From contig CP086569.2 in NCBI GenBank assembly GCA_009914755.4, positions 3,904,001 through 3,968,000 of the forward strand: a stretch of DNA of 64,000 nt. Direction: 5' to 3'. The notes below the pieces were generated by a model. That model was not told the origin of the DNA. It was given only the letters and a program-made list of their open reading frames with translations, and searched no databases. Made by a program: the position numbers and the translations under genes. The stretch is from the human T2T-CHM13v2.0 reference genome, Homo sapiens. Below, piece by piece: positions 26,747 through 38,918 of the stretch (position 1 is the stretch's first letter; each line of letters opens with the position of its first letter).

Positions 26747-26852
26747 AAGGCTCCTTGGAGAAATGGTAATTTCAGGACTTGGGCCGGAAAGCTATAAAAT
26801 GAGTCTGAAAAACCTCACAAGGGAATAAGAAAGATCTCAAAACATGATAACA
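26747..26852 (+). repeat. Copy 1 of a ~106-bp dispersed direct repeat; the second copy lies at 33284-33389.
   Basis: The sequence 'aaggctccttggagaaatggtaatttcaggacttgggccggaaagctataaaatgagtctgaaaaacctcacaagggaataagaaagatctcaaaacatgataa' is about 94% identical to 33284-33389. Confidence 0.85.
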
Positions 26853-27627
26853 ATAAAAATAACAATATTTTTAAAATATAATGACAATAAAAAAAGCACA
26901 TATCATAAGAAGAGAATGCATTTAAAGTAATAATCAAATAAGCTTTCATAGCAGTAAAGACTTTTATCAATAAGATATTTTAAATAAATTCTCATCTAAA
27001 AATTAAAAAAAGAAAATCATAGTGATAAAAGCAGAAATCAATGAAGTAGAGAACAGAATATTACAGTTAAATCAAAATCCTGCATTTTCAAATAAACAAA
27101 ATGGATGAACTAGTAGCTAACATCATCAAGAAGAAAAGGAAAAAGCACAAATATAAGAAAGGTCAAAAAGAAAATGACAATTGAAACAGAAGATAGTTTT
27201 TAAAATGTAAGAGAAAAATGTGTAGCCCCTCTACAAATAAATATAAAAACTCCATAAAATAATTTTCTACTTAATACAGATTAGCAAAATTTGGTTTCAT
27301 TAGACCTATAAACTTAAAGAGACCATTTTCCACAGAAGAAATAGTTATTAATATTAAGCAACTACTTCCTTCTAAACAGCAGACACAGAACTTTTCATAT
27401 GGAATTTCTATCACACTTTCAAAGAACTGATAGCCACTGTGCTTTAGAAAAATTTCGAAGTGCTGAAAATGAAATGAAAACTCCTTAATTCTTGCCATGA
27501 AACAGGAAACATTGGCACCTAAACCAAAAAGAAAAATTTAAAAACTCATGCCATTGCTCATGAATATTTTGAGTTTTAGCACAAATACATTAAAATGGCA
27601 TTGGCAAACAAAATCTAACACCACATT

Positions 27628-27630
<3 letters not shown>

Positions 27631-27673
<43 letters not shown>
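27631..27673. repeat. (CA)n microsatellite, about 21 units.
   Basis: Uninterrupted 'acacac...' run. Confidence 0.95.
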
Positions 27674-27675
<2 letters not shown>

Positions 27676-28194
27676 GACTTAATGAGATATTTTTTCCTCT
27701 CAGGAATACAAGCTTAGCTCAATATTAAGATATTGCTTAATGTAATGCAACATATCAATAGATATAAAGCAAAAATCATATGATTATCTATACCGATGCT
27801 AAAACTCCTTTACCATAACTTAACACCTGCTCAAAATAAAGCACTCAAAGATAAGAATTGTGATGTACTCTTTTTATACGGTAAAATACATGTACCTTTG
27901 TCCTAAAGCTAGTATCTTGATGTTGAAACACTACAGGATTTTTACTAACATCTGGAACATGGCAAGAGTTGCCACTATCATTACTACTGTTCAAAAATGC
28001 ACTGGAATTAGTATCCAATGCAATTAGACAAAAAAATCATTTGGACACATAGGATGAGTATAGAAATAAGACTTTATGTGCAGAGAATATGATGGTGTAC
28101 ATGAAGAAGTCTAAATAATTTTATTAGTCCACGTTTCCCAGAAAAACACAAGTAGTAGTATACTATATATATACTATAATTGTGTGAACCAATT

Positions 28195-28631
28195 CCACTA
28201 CTATAATCGTGTGAACCATTACTCTACAATTCACAATTATGGAGTCTGAGAAGTCCCATGATCTGCCATTTACAAGCTGGAGGCCCAGGAAATCCAGTGG
28301 TGTAGTATAATTCGGTCTGCGCCTGAAGGAACAAACACCAGAGAACCAAGTGAGCCAATGGTGTAAATCTCAGTCTGAGTACTAGAGACAATGAGGCAAA
28401 ATGTTTCCATTCAAGCAGGCAGTCAGTAAGGGGTGAATTCTTTCTTCTTCTACCTTTTGTTCTCTTCAAGTCCTCAGTAGACTGGACGATACATTCTGGA
28501 GATCAATCTACTGAGTCTATGGATTCAAATGCCAGCACCCTCCTGAAACACCCTCAAAGACACATCCCATAATAATGTTTAATCTAGTTACTCTGTAGTA
28601 AGTCAAGTTGACACATAAAATTAACCAACAC
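28195..28631 (+). mobile_element. 5'-truncated copy of the same ERVL/MaLR-type LTR family as 56912-57357 and 57913-58463. It is written here in the orientation in which the family reads tgtattag...atcaca.
   Basis: Shared motifs include 'ggagtctgagaagtcccatgatctgccatttacaagctggaggcccaggaaatccagtggtgtag', '...ggtgtaaatctcagtctgagt...' and the terminal 'gtcaagttgacacataaaattaaccaacaca'. Confidence 0.6.
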
Positions 28632-30474
28632 AATAATCAATAATAATACTAAAACAATAAAATAATAAATCAGTAGTACTTAAAATTAATGTACAATTAA
28701 CATTAAATAGTTTTTATATACACCCCAAAATAGCCAATTAGATGATATAATAGTGGAGAAAACCACATATAAAATAGCAACAAAAAAGATTAATACTTAG
28801 GAATAAACAACATGAAATGTAAAAAACTACAGTATATGATAAAAATGTTACAATGCTACTGAAAGATAAAGTATTTTGAGCAAATGGAAAGGTATCACCT
28901 GTAATTGGATTGGATGTCTCAAAATTATGAAGATATTAATTGTGTCTAGATTAATATATAGATTTAATGTAATCCCAATATATATGCCAACAAGCTCTTT
29001 AATGGATTTTGAAATGTTGATATTGTTAGGGAGGACTAGCCCTGCCAGGCATTTTAAAAATTCTATATAGTTCAAAGTGTGATAATAACAGATGACAATT
29101 TGGCAAGTGAAATAAAATAGAAAGCCCACATATACACCCAAGTATATATGGAAATTTAGTGCTTTGCAAATCTCTGAGGCAAATGATGACGTCTTAATAA
29201 ATGGTGCTAGGATAACTAAGTAGCCATTTGGAAAATGGTAAAAGTTGATTCATACTTCAAACATACACAAGGAAAAACTCCAAAGGGTTAGATAACTAAA
29301 TATAAAAAATGAAAACCCAGAAGTACTACAAAAAGACATGGGTGAATTCCTCAACAAATGTTGCTGGATTAACAGGTTATACCTACAGACAAAAATGAAC
29401 TTCAACCTAGGTTTCACAACTTGGACAAATATGAACTCAAAATGGATTTGGTAATTATATGTAAAATGTAAAATTGTAAAACTTTTTAAAAATTAGAAAC
29501 ATTCAAAATCCAGGTCTAGGTAGAGTTTTTAGAGGTAACATCAAGTATAATTACATAGATACATTGAAAGTAAAAATAAAAAAATTAAAAAGAAGACATA
29601 TCAGGCAAACCTCAATTTTGAAAAAAGCAGAACTGACTATAGTAGTTTAAGACAAAATAGATTTCATGAAAAGAAATGTACTAGGAACAAAGAGGGGCAT
29701 TATGCAGTGACAGAATTATCGACCCACCAGGAAAATGTAGTAATACTAAATATGTATGTAGCAAACAACTAGAACTTCAAATTCTTGAAGGAAAACCTGA
29801 TAGTATTAAAAGGAGAAAGAGACAAATCCACAATTATATTTGGGATTTTCAGCACTGAATGTTCCATAATTGATAAATCTACTGAACTGAATATGAGAAA
29901 ATATTTAGAAGAACTGAGCATCACCATCAAACAGCAGGATTTAGTTGATGCTCACTGGTCAATCCACTCAATAACAGTAAGTTAGACATTATCTTGGATC
30001 ATAAAGCAAACTTCACCAAATTTAAAATCATAGAAATCATACAGTGACTGGTTTCAGAATATAAAGAAATTGAACTCAAAATCAATAATGGAAAGAAAAT
30101 ACAAAAGTTTTCACACACTTGAAATTCAAATAACTTATTTCTAAATAATCTGTAGTTACAAGTCAAACATTAAATGAATAAAATATACATAGAACTGGAT
30201 GAAAGTTAAAATGCAAAATGTTAAAATATGTGATATGTAGATAACATGCAAGGGAAACTTATAGCTTTAAATGCTTACATTATAAAAGAAGAACACTCAA
30301 ATCAATAATCTAAGTTTCCACCTGAAGAAACCAGAAAAACAAGCACAAAAATAAATCCAAAGCTAGCAGTAGGAAGGAAATAGTAAAGATAAGAGCAAAT
30401 ATAAATGAAATTGAAAATAGAAAAATAATGAAAAAATGGGAAAAAATACTAGACATGCAAACATAATTAAATCA

Positions 30475-30763
30475 GTCAGGCACGGTGGCCTACACCTGTA
30501 ATTTCAGTACTCTGGGAGGCCAGAGCAGATGGGTTGCTTGAGCCCAGGAGTTTGAGACCAGCCTGGGCAACATTGCAAAACACTCTTTCTACCAAAAATA
30601 CAAAAATTAGCCAGGCATGGTGGCATGCACCTGTAGTCCCAGCTACTCAGGGGGCTGCCAGGCAGGCAAAGGGGGAAGACTCCCTTGAGCCCATGAGGTC
30701 AACACTACAATGAGCCATGATCACACCACTGCACTCCAGCCTGTGTGACAGAGTGAGACTCTG
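30475..30763 (+). mobile_element. Alu SINE in sense orientation, with its A-tail converted to an (AAAT)n microsatellite at 30764-30810.
   Basis: The sequence reads 'ggcacggtggcctacacctgtaatttcagtactctgggaggccagagcagatgggttgcttgagcccaggagtttgagaccagcctgggcaacattgcaaaacactctttctaccaaaaatacaaaaattagccaggcatggtggcatgcacctgtagtcccagctactcag...actgcactccagcctgtgtgacagagtgagactctga', followed by (aaat)12. Confidence 0.95.
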
Positions 30764-30766
30764 AAA

Positions 30767-30809
<43 letters not shown>

Positions 30810-30863
30810 ATTTTTAATAAATCTGTAGCAATACCACAAAAGATAAAACAGAAAGAAAACTCA

Positions 30864-31198
30864 GGTGGGGCGCGGTGGCTCACGCCTGTAATCCCAGCAC
30901 TTTGGGAGGTTGAGGTGCGCAGATCACTTGAGGTCAGGAGTTCTAGACCAGCCTGACCAATATGGTGAAGCCCAGTCTCTACTAAACAAACAAAAAATAG
31001 CCAGGCGTGGTGGTGGATGCCTATAATCCCAGCTACTTGGGAGGCTGAGGCAGGAGAATTGTTTGAACCCGGGAGGTGGAGGCAGAGGTGCAGTCAGATG
31101 TGGAGGCAGAGGCTGAGGTGGAGGCAGAGGCCGAGGCAGAGGCTGCAGTGAGCCGAGATTGTGCCACTGCACTCTGGGTGACAGAGGGAGACTCCATC
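30864..31198 (+). mobile_element. Alu SINE in sense orientation carrying an internal ~60-bp minisatellite-like expansion at ~31083-31143, made of degenerate 'gaggcagaggct/gaggtggaggca' units, in its right arm.
   Basis: The sequence 'ggtggggcgcggtggctcacgcctgtaatcccagcactttgggaggttgaggtgcgcagatcacttgaggtcaggagttctagaccagcctgaccaatatggtgaagcccagtctctactaaa...ccgggaggtggagg[cagaggtgcagtcagatgtggaggcagaggctgaggtggaggcagaggccgaggcagagg]ctgcagtgagccgagattgtgccactgcactctgggtgacagagggagactccatc' is about 335 bp long, against about 300 bp for a standard Alu. Confidence 0.9.
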
Positions 31199-31430
31199 AA
31201 AAGAAGAGAAAAGAAAGAAAAGAAAATAAAAGAAAACAAAAGAAAAGAAGAAAAGAAAAGAGAGAAAGAGAGAGAAAAAGGAAGGAAGGAAAGAAGGAAG
31301 GAAGGTAGGAAGGAAGGAAGGAAAGAAGGGAGAAAGAAAGAAAAAGAGAGAAAAAAGAAAGAAAGGAAGAAAGGAAGGAAGAAAGGAAGGAAGGAAGGAA
31401 GGAAGGAAGGAAGGAGGGAAGGGAGAGACA
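31199..31430. repeat. Long near-pure purine tract of (GAAA)n/(GGAA)n/(GA)n, about 230 bp, derived from the A-tail of the upstream Alu.
   Basis: The sequence 'aagaagagaaaagaaagaaaagaaaat...gaaggaaggaaggaaggaaggaaggaaggagggaagggagaga' is more than 98% A+G on the plus strand. Confidence 0.95.
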
Positions 31431-31439
31431 AGCCTGTAA

Positions 31440-34400
31440 TCACCAAATAAGAACGTGACAGTTGATATCATAACAGATCCTACAGTCATTAAAAGAATAA
31501 AAAGGGAAAGGTGGATAATAAAGAAGTACTACAAATAAAATTATGCTCATAAATTTATCAACTTTGAAAAAAAAGACCAATTCCTCAAATGCCACAAAGT
31601 AATATAACTCAGCTAAGATAACATATATAACTTGAAGAGCCTTATAACATTTAAATGAGATAAATTTATAATTAAAGATCTCCCAAATAAGAAAGGTTCA
31701 GGCACAAATGAATTCACAGAATTTTACCAAACATTTAAAGAAGAATCAACATCAGATTTACATAATCTTTTTCAGAAAATAAAAGAGGAAGGAACACTTC
31801 TCCCCAGCTCATTTTTGAAGCCAGTTTTACCCTAATAGTACTGTAAGACAAACAGCGTTAAAACATTGAAAACTACAAACGAATATCTCTCATAATCTTA
31901 GATGCAAAAATTCACATCAACATTTTAGCAAATAAAATCTGGCGATGTATAAAAGCATATTGTATCACATTGTACAGATAGAGAATAGGTCAGTCATTGC
32001 CAAGCATTAAGGATGGTAGATAGGGTGAATTTGGCTAGAAAGGGATACAAGGGAGTTTAATGATGATGGCATAACTCAGTGTGATTATGGCTGTGGCTAC
32101 ATGAAACTGCACATGTGACAAGCTTGTGTAGAATTATACGCTCACATAAACACACAAATGATTGCATGCATCATTGGTGAAATCTGAATGAGCTCTACGA
32201 ATTGTACCAATGTAAATTTCCTGGTTTTGATATTGTACTATAATTATGAAAGACATTAACTTTGGGATAGATTGGTAATGGGTGCAGGGGACCTCCCTGT
32301 ACATGTCTTTGAATCTTCTTTTAAATCTATATTTATTTCAAAATAAAAGAATTTAAAGGAGTGGTATGGAATGATTTATATATTATTAAGAAAATAAGCA
32401 AAATGCTAAAAAAAAATCTACAGTATACTATCCTTGCTGTAAAAATGATGAAGACATGAGAAAGAAATACATGTTTTTGCTTAGGTTTGAAAAAGACATA
32501 CAGAAGAGATTAACCAAAAGCTAATGAGTTTGGAAACAGAGTTGAATGAGTAGATAATGAGAACAAGTTATTGGAAAAGATGAAAAGGTTAGTAGGTATG
32601 AAGAGTGAGCGGCATTACTCTCAGTGTACCGTTTTTATAGCTGTGATTATTAAAATCATAGTTATGTTTCACATACTGCCCCAAAATTAATATATAATGT
32701 TCACCATTGGGAGACAATGAAAAATGGATGACAAACAATAACAAACAAAGCTACCTATATTAAAATAAATGGCATTATCATGCGGAACATGGTAGAGAAG
32801 AAAATAACTATCTTAAATAATTTTGGGAAAGAGGGTTGTAACAATATATTTTAATAATAAAGGCAAAAAGAATTTACATAATTATTGAACTCTACACAGT
32901 AAGTGTGTTTATCACAGGATATGGGTTAAAATTATGTTATGTTTAAACTTATAATTGAATAAATATATATACTACGAGTAACAATAGCCAGATTTCTAAC
33001 TATCGAAAAAAAAGGACTTACAAATAAGGCCAGAGGGAAAGCAAGAATAAACTCTGTATTTTAGACTGGGATCCCAGGTATCAGTATGGTTTTTAACATA
33101 GAGTCAGATGCATGCATATCAAAATGATTATAAACGTATTTATTTGTATATCAGTATACATATGTGTACTTTCTAGCTCTGTTTGCTTATGGGGCCTAGA
33201 AATAACGATGCTCTGGTAGCAATGAGCATACCTAACACTCAAATGTTAATTCTAAATATCATTATCTAACAGGAAAAAAAAGCAAGGCTCCTTGGAGAAA
33301 TGGTAATTTCAGGACTTGGGCCGGAAACCTATAAAATGAGTCTGGAAAACCTCACAAGAGAATAAGAAAGAACTCAAAAAATGATAAGGCTTATTAAAAC
33401 AACATAAAAAAGTAATAAAAGCTATAATAATAACATCAGGTTATAACCTATAGAATAAAATAAAATAAATATTCATGAGTCCAAACAGATAGAGACAAAA
33501 ATGTAATGAATAAATAAATATACGAGGGGGGATTGATAAGTCTTCCTGGAGGTAAGAATTCCAATTCGTAACTGTGGAATGAATGATGGAAATAAAACAT
33601 TATCATTAGAATACCAAAGTCATTGTTGCATACGAGAATCACCAATGGATGCTAAAATCAGTGACAGAAAGTACGGTGAGAAACAGGATATTTGCATAGT
33701 CTCAATCATTTTTCTACAATATTTGCATAGACTACAAAGATGAATGACTTTACAGGGTAGAAATCTGGCTGATATCTTTTGTAACAAAATGATTAAAGTG
33801 AATATGGCCACTAATAAGGCATATAAAAATCAATGTCCCCTGATTAGATGCACTAAGATGGGTCTATCACCTCTGTAGTGTTCTCGCAAAAGCTATGTTA
33901 CCTTAATCTAATCCTGAGTAAATATCAAACAAACCTAAATTGAGAAAATTTCCTTCAAAAAATGACCAGAATTCTTCAAAAATGCCAAGGTTATAAGTGA
34001 CAAGGAAAAACTGAAGAATTGTCACAATCCAGAAGAGGCTAAGGAGACGTGGCAACCACTGTGCAATGTGAGATAATGAATTGGATCCTGAACAGAAGAG
34101 GAATATTCATATGAACAATAGTGGAATTTGAATAATGTTTACAGATATGTTAACAGTATTGTATCAATATTATGTTCTGGTTTCTGTAATTGTACCATTA
34201 TTATATACGATGATTACATTAGGAAAAGCCAGGCGAACGTGTTTGGGAATTCTCTGTACCATTTTGGAAAATTTTCTGTAAGTCCAAAATAATTTTAAAA
34301 TTTAAAAAGTCTGAAAAAATCTAAAGACAATTTACATAACGGGAAGAAATTTTGACAAAATATATAACAAACACCATATCCATATAGAGAGATCATCTTC

Positions 34401-34873
34401 AACATAAGAAAGAAAAGGCACATTATCTAAAAGATGAGCAAAGGTGGATATAGGCAATTCAGAGCAGAGGAAATGCAAATAGCCAATTAGCATATAACAA
34501 GATCCTCAATCTCACTAGTAACAAAGGACTGCAAATCAAAATGATAAAGTGCAATTTTTTATCTAGCAGACTAAATACATATATAAATTAACAAGGCCAG
34601 CATTACTGAAGTTATGAGACAGTGGGAAATTTCACTATTTTTGCTGGGATTATTTAATGCCTCATCCACATTGCAGTGACATTTAACAATGCCATTCAAT
34701 ATTTTAAATGTACATACTCTGACCCAGCAATTAGACTTCTGATAAATAATTTTATACAATATGCTCATTAGTACACATTAGTTGGTTATAGGAAAAACTG
34801 GCTATAATTTGTTTTTCCAAATGTCCAGTGTTATAGAACTAGTAACATAATCAGCTGTTAAAAATGAGAAAAA
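31440..34873 (+). mobile_element. Old, degenerate L1 (L1M-like) in sense orientation. It runs from mid-ORF2 (~31440-32060) through a heavily decayed region to a recognisable L1 3' end at ~34400-34873. It contains the second copy of the 106-bp repeat at 33284-33389.
   Basis: Translation gives '...[29 protein letters not shown].PSSF..........[22 protein letters not shown]', matching L1 ORF2 '[75 protein letters not shown]'. The 3' end 'ggaaatgcaaatagccaattagcatataacaagatcctcaatctcactagtaacaaaggactgcaaatcaaaatgataaagtgcaatttt' resembles the L1 'ggaaatgcaaatcaaaaccacaatgagatatcac...' segment. Confidence 0.6.
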
Positions 34874-34874
34874 T

Positions 34875-35152
34875 GGGCCGGGCGCGGTGGCTCCTGCCTG
34901 TAATCCCAGTACTTTGGAAGGCCGAGGTGGGCGGATCACGAGGTCAGGAGATCAAGACCATCCTGGGTAACACGGTGAAACCTCGTCTTTACTAAAAATA
35001 GAAAAAACTAGCTGGGCTTGGTGGTGGGCACCTGTAGTCCCACCTACTCAGGAGGCTGAGGCGTGAATCCAGGAGGCGGAGCTTGCAGTGAGCCGAGAGG
35101 GCACCACTGCACTCCAGCCTCGGTGACAGAGTGAGACTCTGTCTCAAAAAAA
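34875..35152 (+). mobile_element. Alu SINE (AluS/Y-like) in sense orientation with a ~14-bp TSD 'aaaatgagaaaa(a)tg' at 34861-34874 and 35177-35189. Its A-tail is followed by a (TAAT)n run.
   Basis: The sequence reads 'ggccgggcgcggtggctcctgcctgtaatcccagtactttggaaggccgaggtgggcggatcacgaggtcaggagatcaagaccatcctgggtaacacggtgaaacctcgtctttactaaaaatagaaaaaactagctgggcttggtggtgggcacctgtagtcccacctactcaggaggctgaggcgtgaatccaggaggcggagcttgcagtgagccgagagggcaccactgcactccagcctcggtgacagagtgagactctgtctcaaaaaaaa'. The flanks 'aaaatgagaaaaatg' and 'aaaatgagaaaatg' form the TSD. Confidence 0.95.
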
Positions 35153-38100
35153 ATACATAAATTAATTAATTAATTAAAATGAGAAAATGTAAACCCATAT
35201 ATTTGGGCAGTGGATTATATCCATGATATTGCTGGGTAACAAAAACAAGTTTAGAGAATATTTAAAATATAAAACTATTCCTCTAAAAATACTGTGAGTG
35301 TATGTGTGTGTGTGCATACACACGTATAAAAGCATACTGGTAGAAACAGGGTCTGCAAGCATGCATATTTAAAAATGTTAACAGTGTTTATTCCTGTGGA
35401 GTAGAATTAGAAATGGATGAATTTCTATTTTTTGCTATGTATTTGAAAATTTTGGATTTTCAGCAAGAAGCATGTATTACTTTTGAAAAAAAATAAAAAT
35501 GTATGTATCTTATACGTCTGAATCTTGTTCTTTGAGGCTAACCAAACTGATACACTATTTGATGTAAAATCTGTGACACTGATATTAATAGATCACTATG
35601 TTTACCCACTCTAGGATTATATGTATTCTTTTACACAGTGTGACTTGATTATAACATCGGGAGTTTCAGTATACATGAAAAAAAGATTTTAAAAGAAGAT
35701 ATTTTGGGAAATGGTTAAAACTGATTATAAAGGTAGCCATTTACTCTATATTTACAAACTTCTCTGATACGATCTTCGATTCATTTTTTTTTTACTTTCC
35801 ACCTACTTCTGCAATTCTTTCTGCCACTTTTCCTTTCCCAAGCATTGACCAGATAATGAATAAAAACTTGATGTCAATTTACAAAATTTCCCACAAAATT
35901 TGATGTGAACTTGAGGTTCATTAATACTAAATGAATACTCAGTCAACTTCCAGAACCTTATGGTAATAACAATGAAATCCATTAGCTAATAGATATTGAA
36001 TGAACTACAGCTTTAATAAGATTATGTATCTGTTTATGAACATGAAACTTTTGTAACTTGAATAATTGTTGCGTTTATGAATCTCCATGTGTGACTGGGA
36101 TTGTATTAATAATTGATTTCAAATAATGTGCTACTAACTCTGAAGACTTTTAGATTTTTGCAATTTTTGTTGTTCAGATTAAACATGTTATATTCATTAA
36201 TGTTACTTTGCAACTTATTTTTACTAACTTTAATATTACACTTTTAAAAGACTATTTTAATAGTAAAGCCACTTAGTAGTAGTGTCAACTTTTAGTGGGT
36301 AGTGCCTGGAAGGAGATACATGGAGGTCTTACAGGGTTCTAATAATGTTCTGTATCTTTATATAAGTACTTGTTCACACGGATATGTGAAATTTGTGAAT
36401 ATTCATAAACAGAATGCTTATAATTGTACTAAGATAGTAAGTATGCTTTTTATACACTGATATAGAAATATTCCATGAAATTATTATATGACAGAGAAAG
36501 ATACAGAATAATGTGTATAAAAACTAAACTTACGTAAAGAAATAGAAAGCAACAAAAATACAGTATCAATGATATTATACTTGTATATGCATAAATAAAT
36601 TGTGGAAGAATACCCCAACCTAATAATACTGATGGCCTCTAGGAGAGCAACTGGATATCTGGTGATTAGGGGTTGGCAAGGAGAACTTTTAGTATGTTCT
36701 ATTTTTCATCATTTAAAATGTGAATCATGAATTTGTTACCTATTGCAAAATAACTAACATTTTAAAATAAGAAATATGAAGGCTGAAGAAACAGTAAAAT
36801 GAAAAGGTACAGGTTTATTTTATTTTGTACTGTTTACCCTTTGTTTGACTTCCCTTTTCCTTCTCTTTCTCTTTCTCCTTACAATCTTTCTCTTCTGTTT
36901 GCTCTTCTTTCTCTTGTCTCTCTTATCCTCTACTTCACACAAGTTCTCAATCTTGCTGTTGTTGAAGAAAAGCAGATGTCTGGTCTTTAACATCAGATAA
37001 AATGTTGATAAAAACCCTTGCAAGTCACTATCAAGAAACAGAGGGTGTAACTTTAGACTATTAGAAGGGTGGAGGGCAATTTGCATATATATATATAGCT
37101 TCTCTAAACAACATTGACTAGTGACAACTAGTTTGACAACTGGTTTCACAAGTTCAAGCCAAACTTTTAGACATAATAGCTACAATTTCTGGTAAAAAGC
37201 TTCACATGTAAAAGTTGTGTTTTATAACAAAAACAAAGCTTCAAGATGTTCTAATTCCTTAGCCTAATTGCTCTTGTGCATATTTAAGCCAAGGGTTTCA
37301 TCAACAAATTCAATCTCAAGTCTTTAGTTTCAATTAATACTGACCCATAAAGAGTTAATTTTCATGCATTATTTATAATGGCCTTACCATGCAAACACAT
37401 AAAAATATTAGTTACATCAAGGACCAACCTCTACTAATAGTCCACTACTGTATCATGCTTTGCATTTCCAGTATTTTTTGTTTGGTTGAAGTAAGCATCC
37501 ACATAGAACAGCAATAATACTTCTGCCATTCAGTTATTGATTTTTTTTTTTTTAGATAACTTGTGAGTGCTTTCTGCTTTAATATTTTTGATCTGTAAAG
37601 TCCCAGAATTATTGTAACCTACTAGCTGATTCGTAAGAATTTGTTTGGAAAAAAATTATTATATGTTGTTGAGTGAACATATTTCAATGTTACATTTTAA
37701 AAAAAAAATACAAAATTCTAAGAAAAACATCCCTTCATATAAATATGAATGAAAAACAGGACAAGAACTCATTAACTGGGTAGTATAAAGGTCGATATGT
37801 TCTAAGTAAGTAACATTCTGCTATTTAAAGACAAAAATTACCCTGAGTTTTGCTTAAGCTATTTGAGAAGACAAGACCAAAATTCACAAATTGTAGTTTT
37901 CTTGTTTGTAGAAAAATGTGGTAGGAAATTTCTTCAGAAGATAAACCTTTGTTATTATCTCTAACATAAAAATATCATTTTTTCCTGGTTTACAATTTTG
38001 AGGAAACTTTTTCATTATAGATTTTACATGTAAATTTATGGATGTCTAATTACTATGTTTTAAAAATAAGAAATGATTAAAGCCCTAAAAACAAATTGTG

Positions 38101-38649
38101 GTGTTTAAGAAAACTCAAGTTAAATTAATTACACAATATCATGGACATTATTCTTTGACTTCTACTGGTCAAGATCATATTTAAAAAGATAAATACACAA
38201 ATATATATACCCCCTCCAAATGCTTTCATCAATTGACATTTTGGTGTGTTAAAATACCTCTCACCAATGTAATACACTTTAATAGATTAGTATAAATTTA
38301 TCAGATTTCAACTCATCAGGTAAAAAATATAGCCTGTTTAAGAAAATCTTAAATATATATATGGTCAAAATACCTGGTCAAATTTGAAACAGTTTTAAAA
38401 CAATAATACATAAATGTCATTTTTTATTTGTTAGCTATTTTAATAAAAATTTTAAAAAATCTTATATACCATATTCTCATCCACTCTGGTAAATGATGTG
38501 TAAATAAAAACTATGTGTAATGATTATTGTAATTTTCAGGTAAAGTGAATCAACCATTCTTTGTTTTCTAAGCTTTACTAAATTTGAAATAGGATTTATG
38601 TTTGAATAATCTCACTAGGCCATTAAGTTATAAAGAATAATACACAAAA

Positions 38650-38918
38650 CACTTTGGGAGGCTGAGGCAGGCAGATCACTTGTGCTGAGGAGTTCAAGAC
38701 CACCCTGGACATCATAGGAAGACCTTATCTCTACAAAAAATAAAAATAAAAATAAATTAGCTGGGCATAGTGGCATGCACCTGTAGTCACAGCTACTTGG
38801 CTACTCGGGAAGCTGAGGTAAGAGGATAGCTTGAGCCCAGGAGGTGGAGGTACAGTGAGCCTAGATGGCACCACTGCACTGCAGCCTAGACGACCGTGGG
38901 AGACACTGTCTCAAAAAA
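38650..38918 (+). mobile_element. Older Alu (AluJ/S-like, diverged) in sense orientation, missing ~35 bp at its 5' end.
   Basis: The sequence reads 'cactttgggaggctgaggcaggcagatcacttgtgctgaggagttcaagaccaccctggacatcataggaagaccttatctctacaaaaaataaaaataaaaataaattagctgggcatagtggcatgcacctgtagtcacagctacttgg...ggaggtggaggtacagtgagcctagatggcaccactgcactgcagcctagacgaccgtgggagacactgtctcaaaaaag'. Confidence 0.9.

Larger units (their letters stand above)
26890..30470 (+). mobile_element. Mosaic of old, highly degenerate L1 (L1M/L1PB-like) ORF2 fragments, mostly in sense orientation and not collinear. An ORF2 aa~240-300 fragment lies at ~27030-27250, an ORF2 middle segment at ~28870-29460, and the ORF2 N-terminus/EN domain at ~29540-30470. 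A (CA)21 microsatellite at 27631-27673 and an ERVL-type LTR fragment at 28195-28631 are embedded.
   Basis: Translations resemble L1 ORF2: 'KAEINEVENR...' matches '[31 protein letters not shown]'. 'IGCLKIMKILIVSRLIYRFNVIPIYMPTS' matches '[27 protein letters not shown]'. 'HIYTQVYMEI..NKWC.DN.VAIWKMVKVDSYF.HTQGKTPKG' matches '[58 protein letters not shown]'. 'KIDFMKRNVLGTKRGIMQ' matches '[19 protein letters not shown]'. Confidence 0.6.

Noticed and set aside
30765-31430. Regularly repeated short units ((AAAT)n, (GGAA)n) as a possible CRISPR-like array.
   Set aside because: These are simple microsatellites derived from Alu A-tails. There are no spacers of unique sequence and no repeat-spacer periodicity of 28-37 or 30-40 bp, and the context is eukaryotic.
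31033-31489. Three overlapping ORFs of 124-137 aa with striking repetitive peptides (E/K/R-rich on one strand; S/F/L/P-rich on the other).
   Set aside because: They are translations of the (GGAA/GAAA)n purine tract and the Alu right arm, and so are low-complexity artefacts.
36820-37149. A 109-aa minus-strand ORF with a highly basic K/R-rich tail resembling a nuclear or ribosomal protein.
   Set aside because: It arises from a CT-rich low-complexity stretch (36840-36960). It has no start context or splice signals and matches nothing I recognise.
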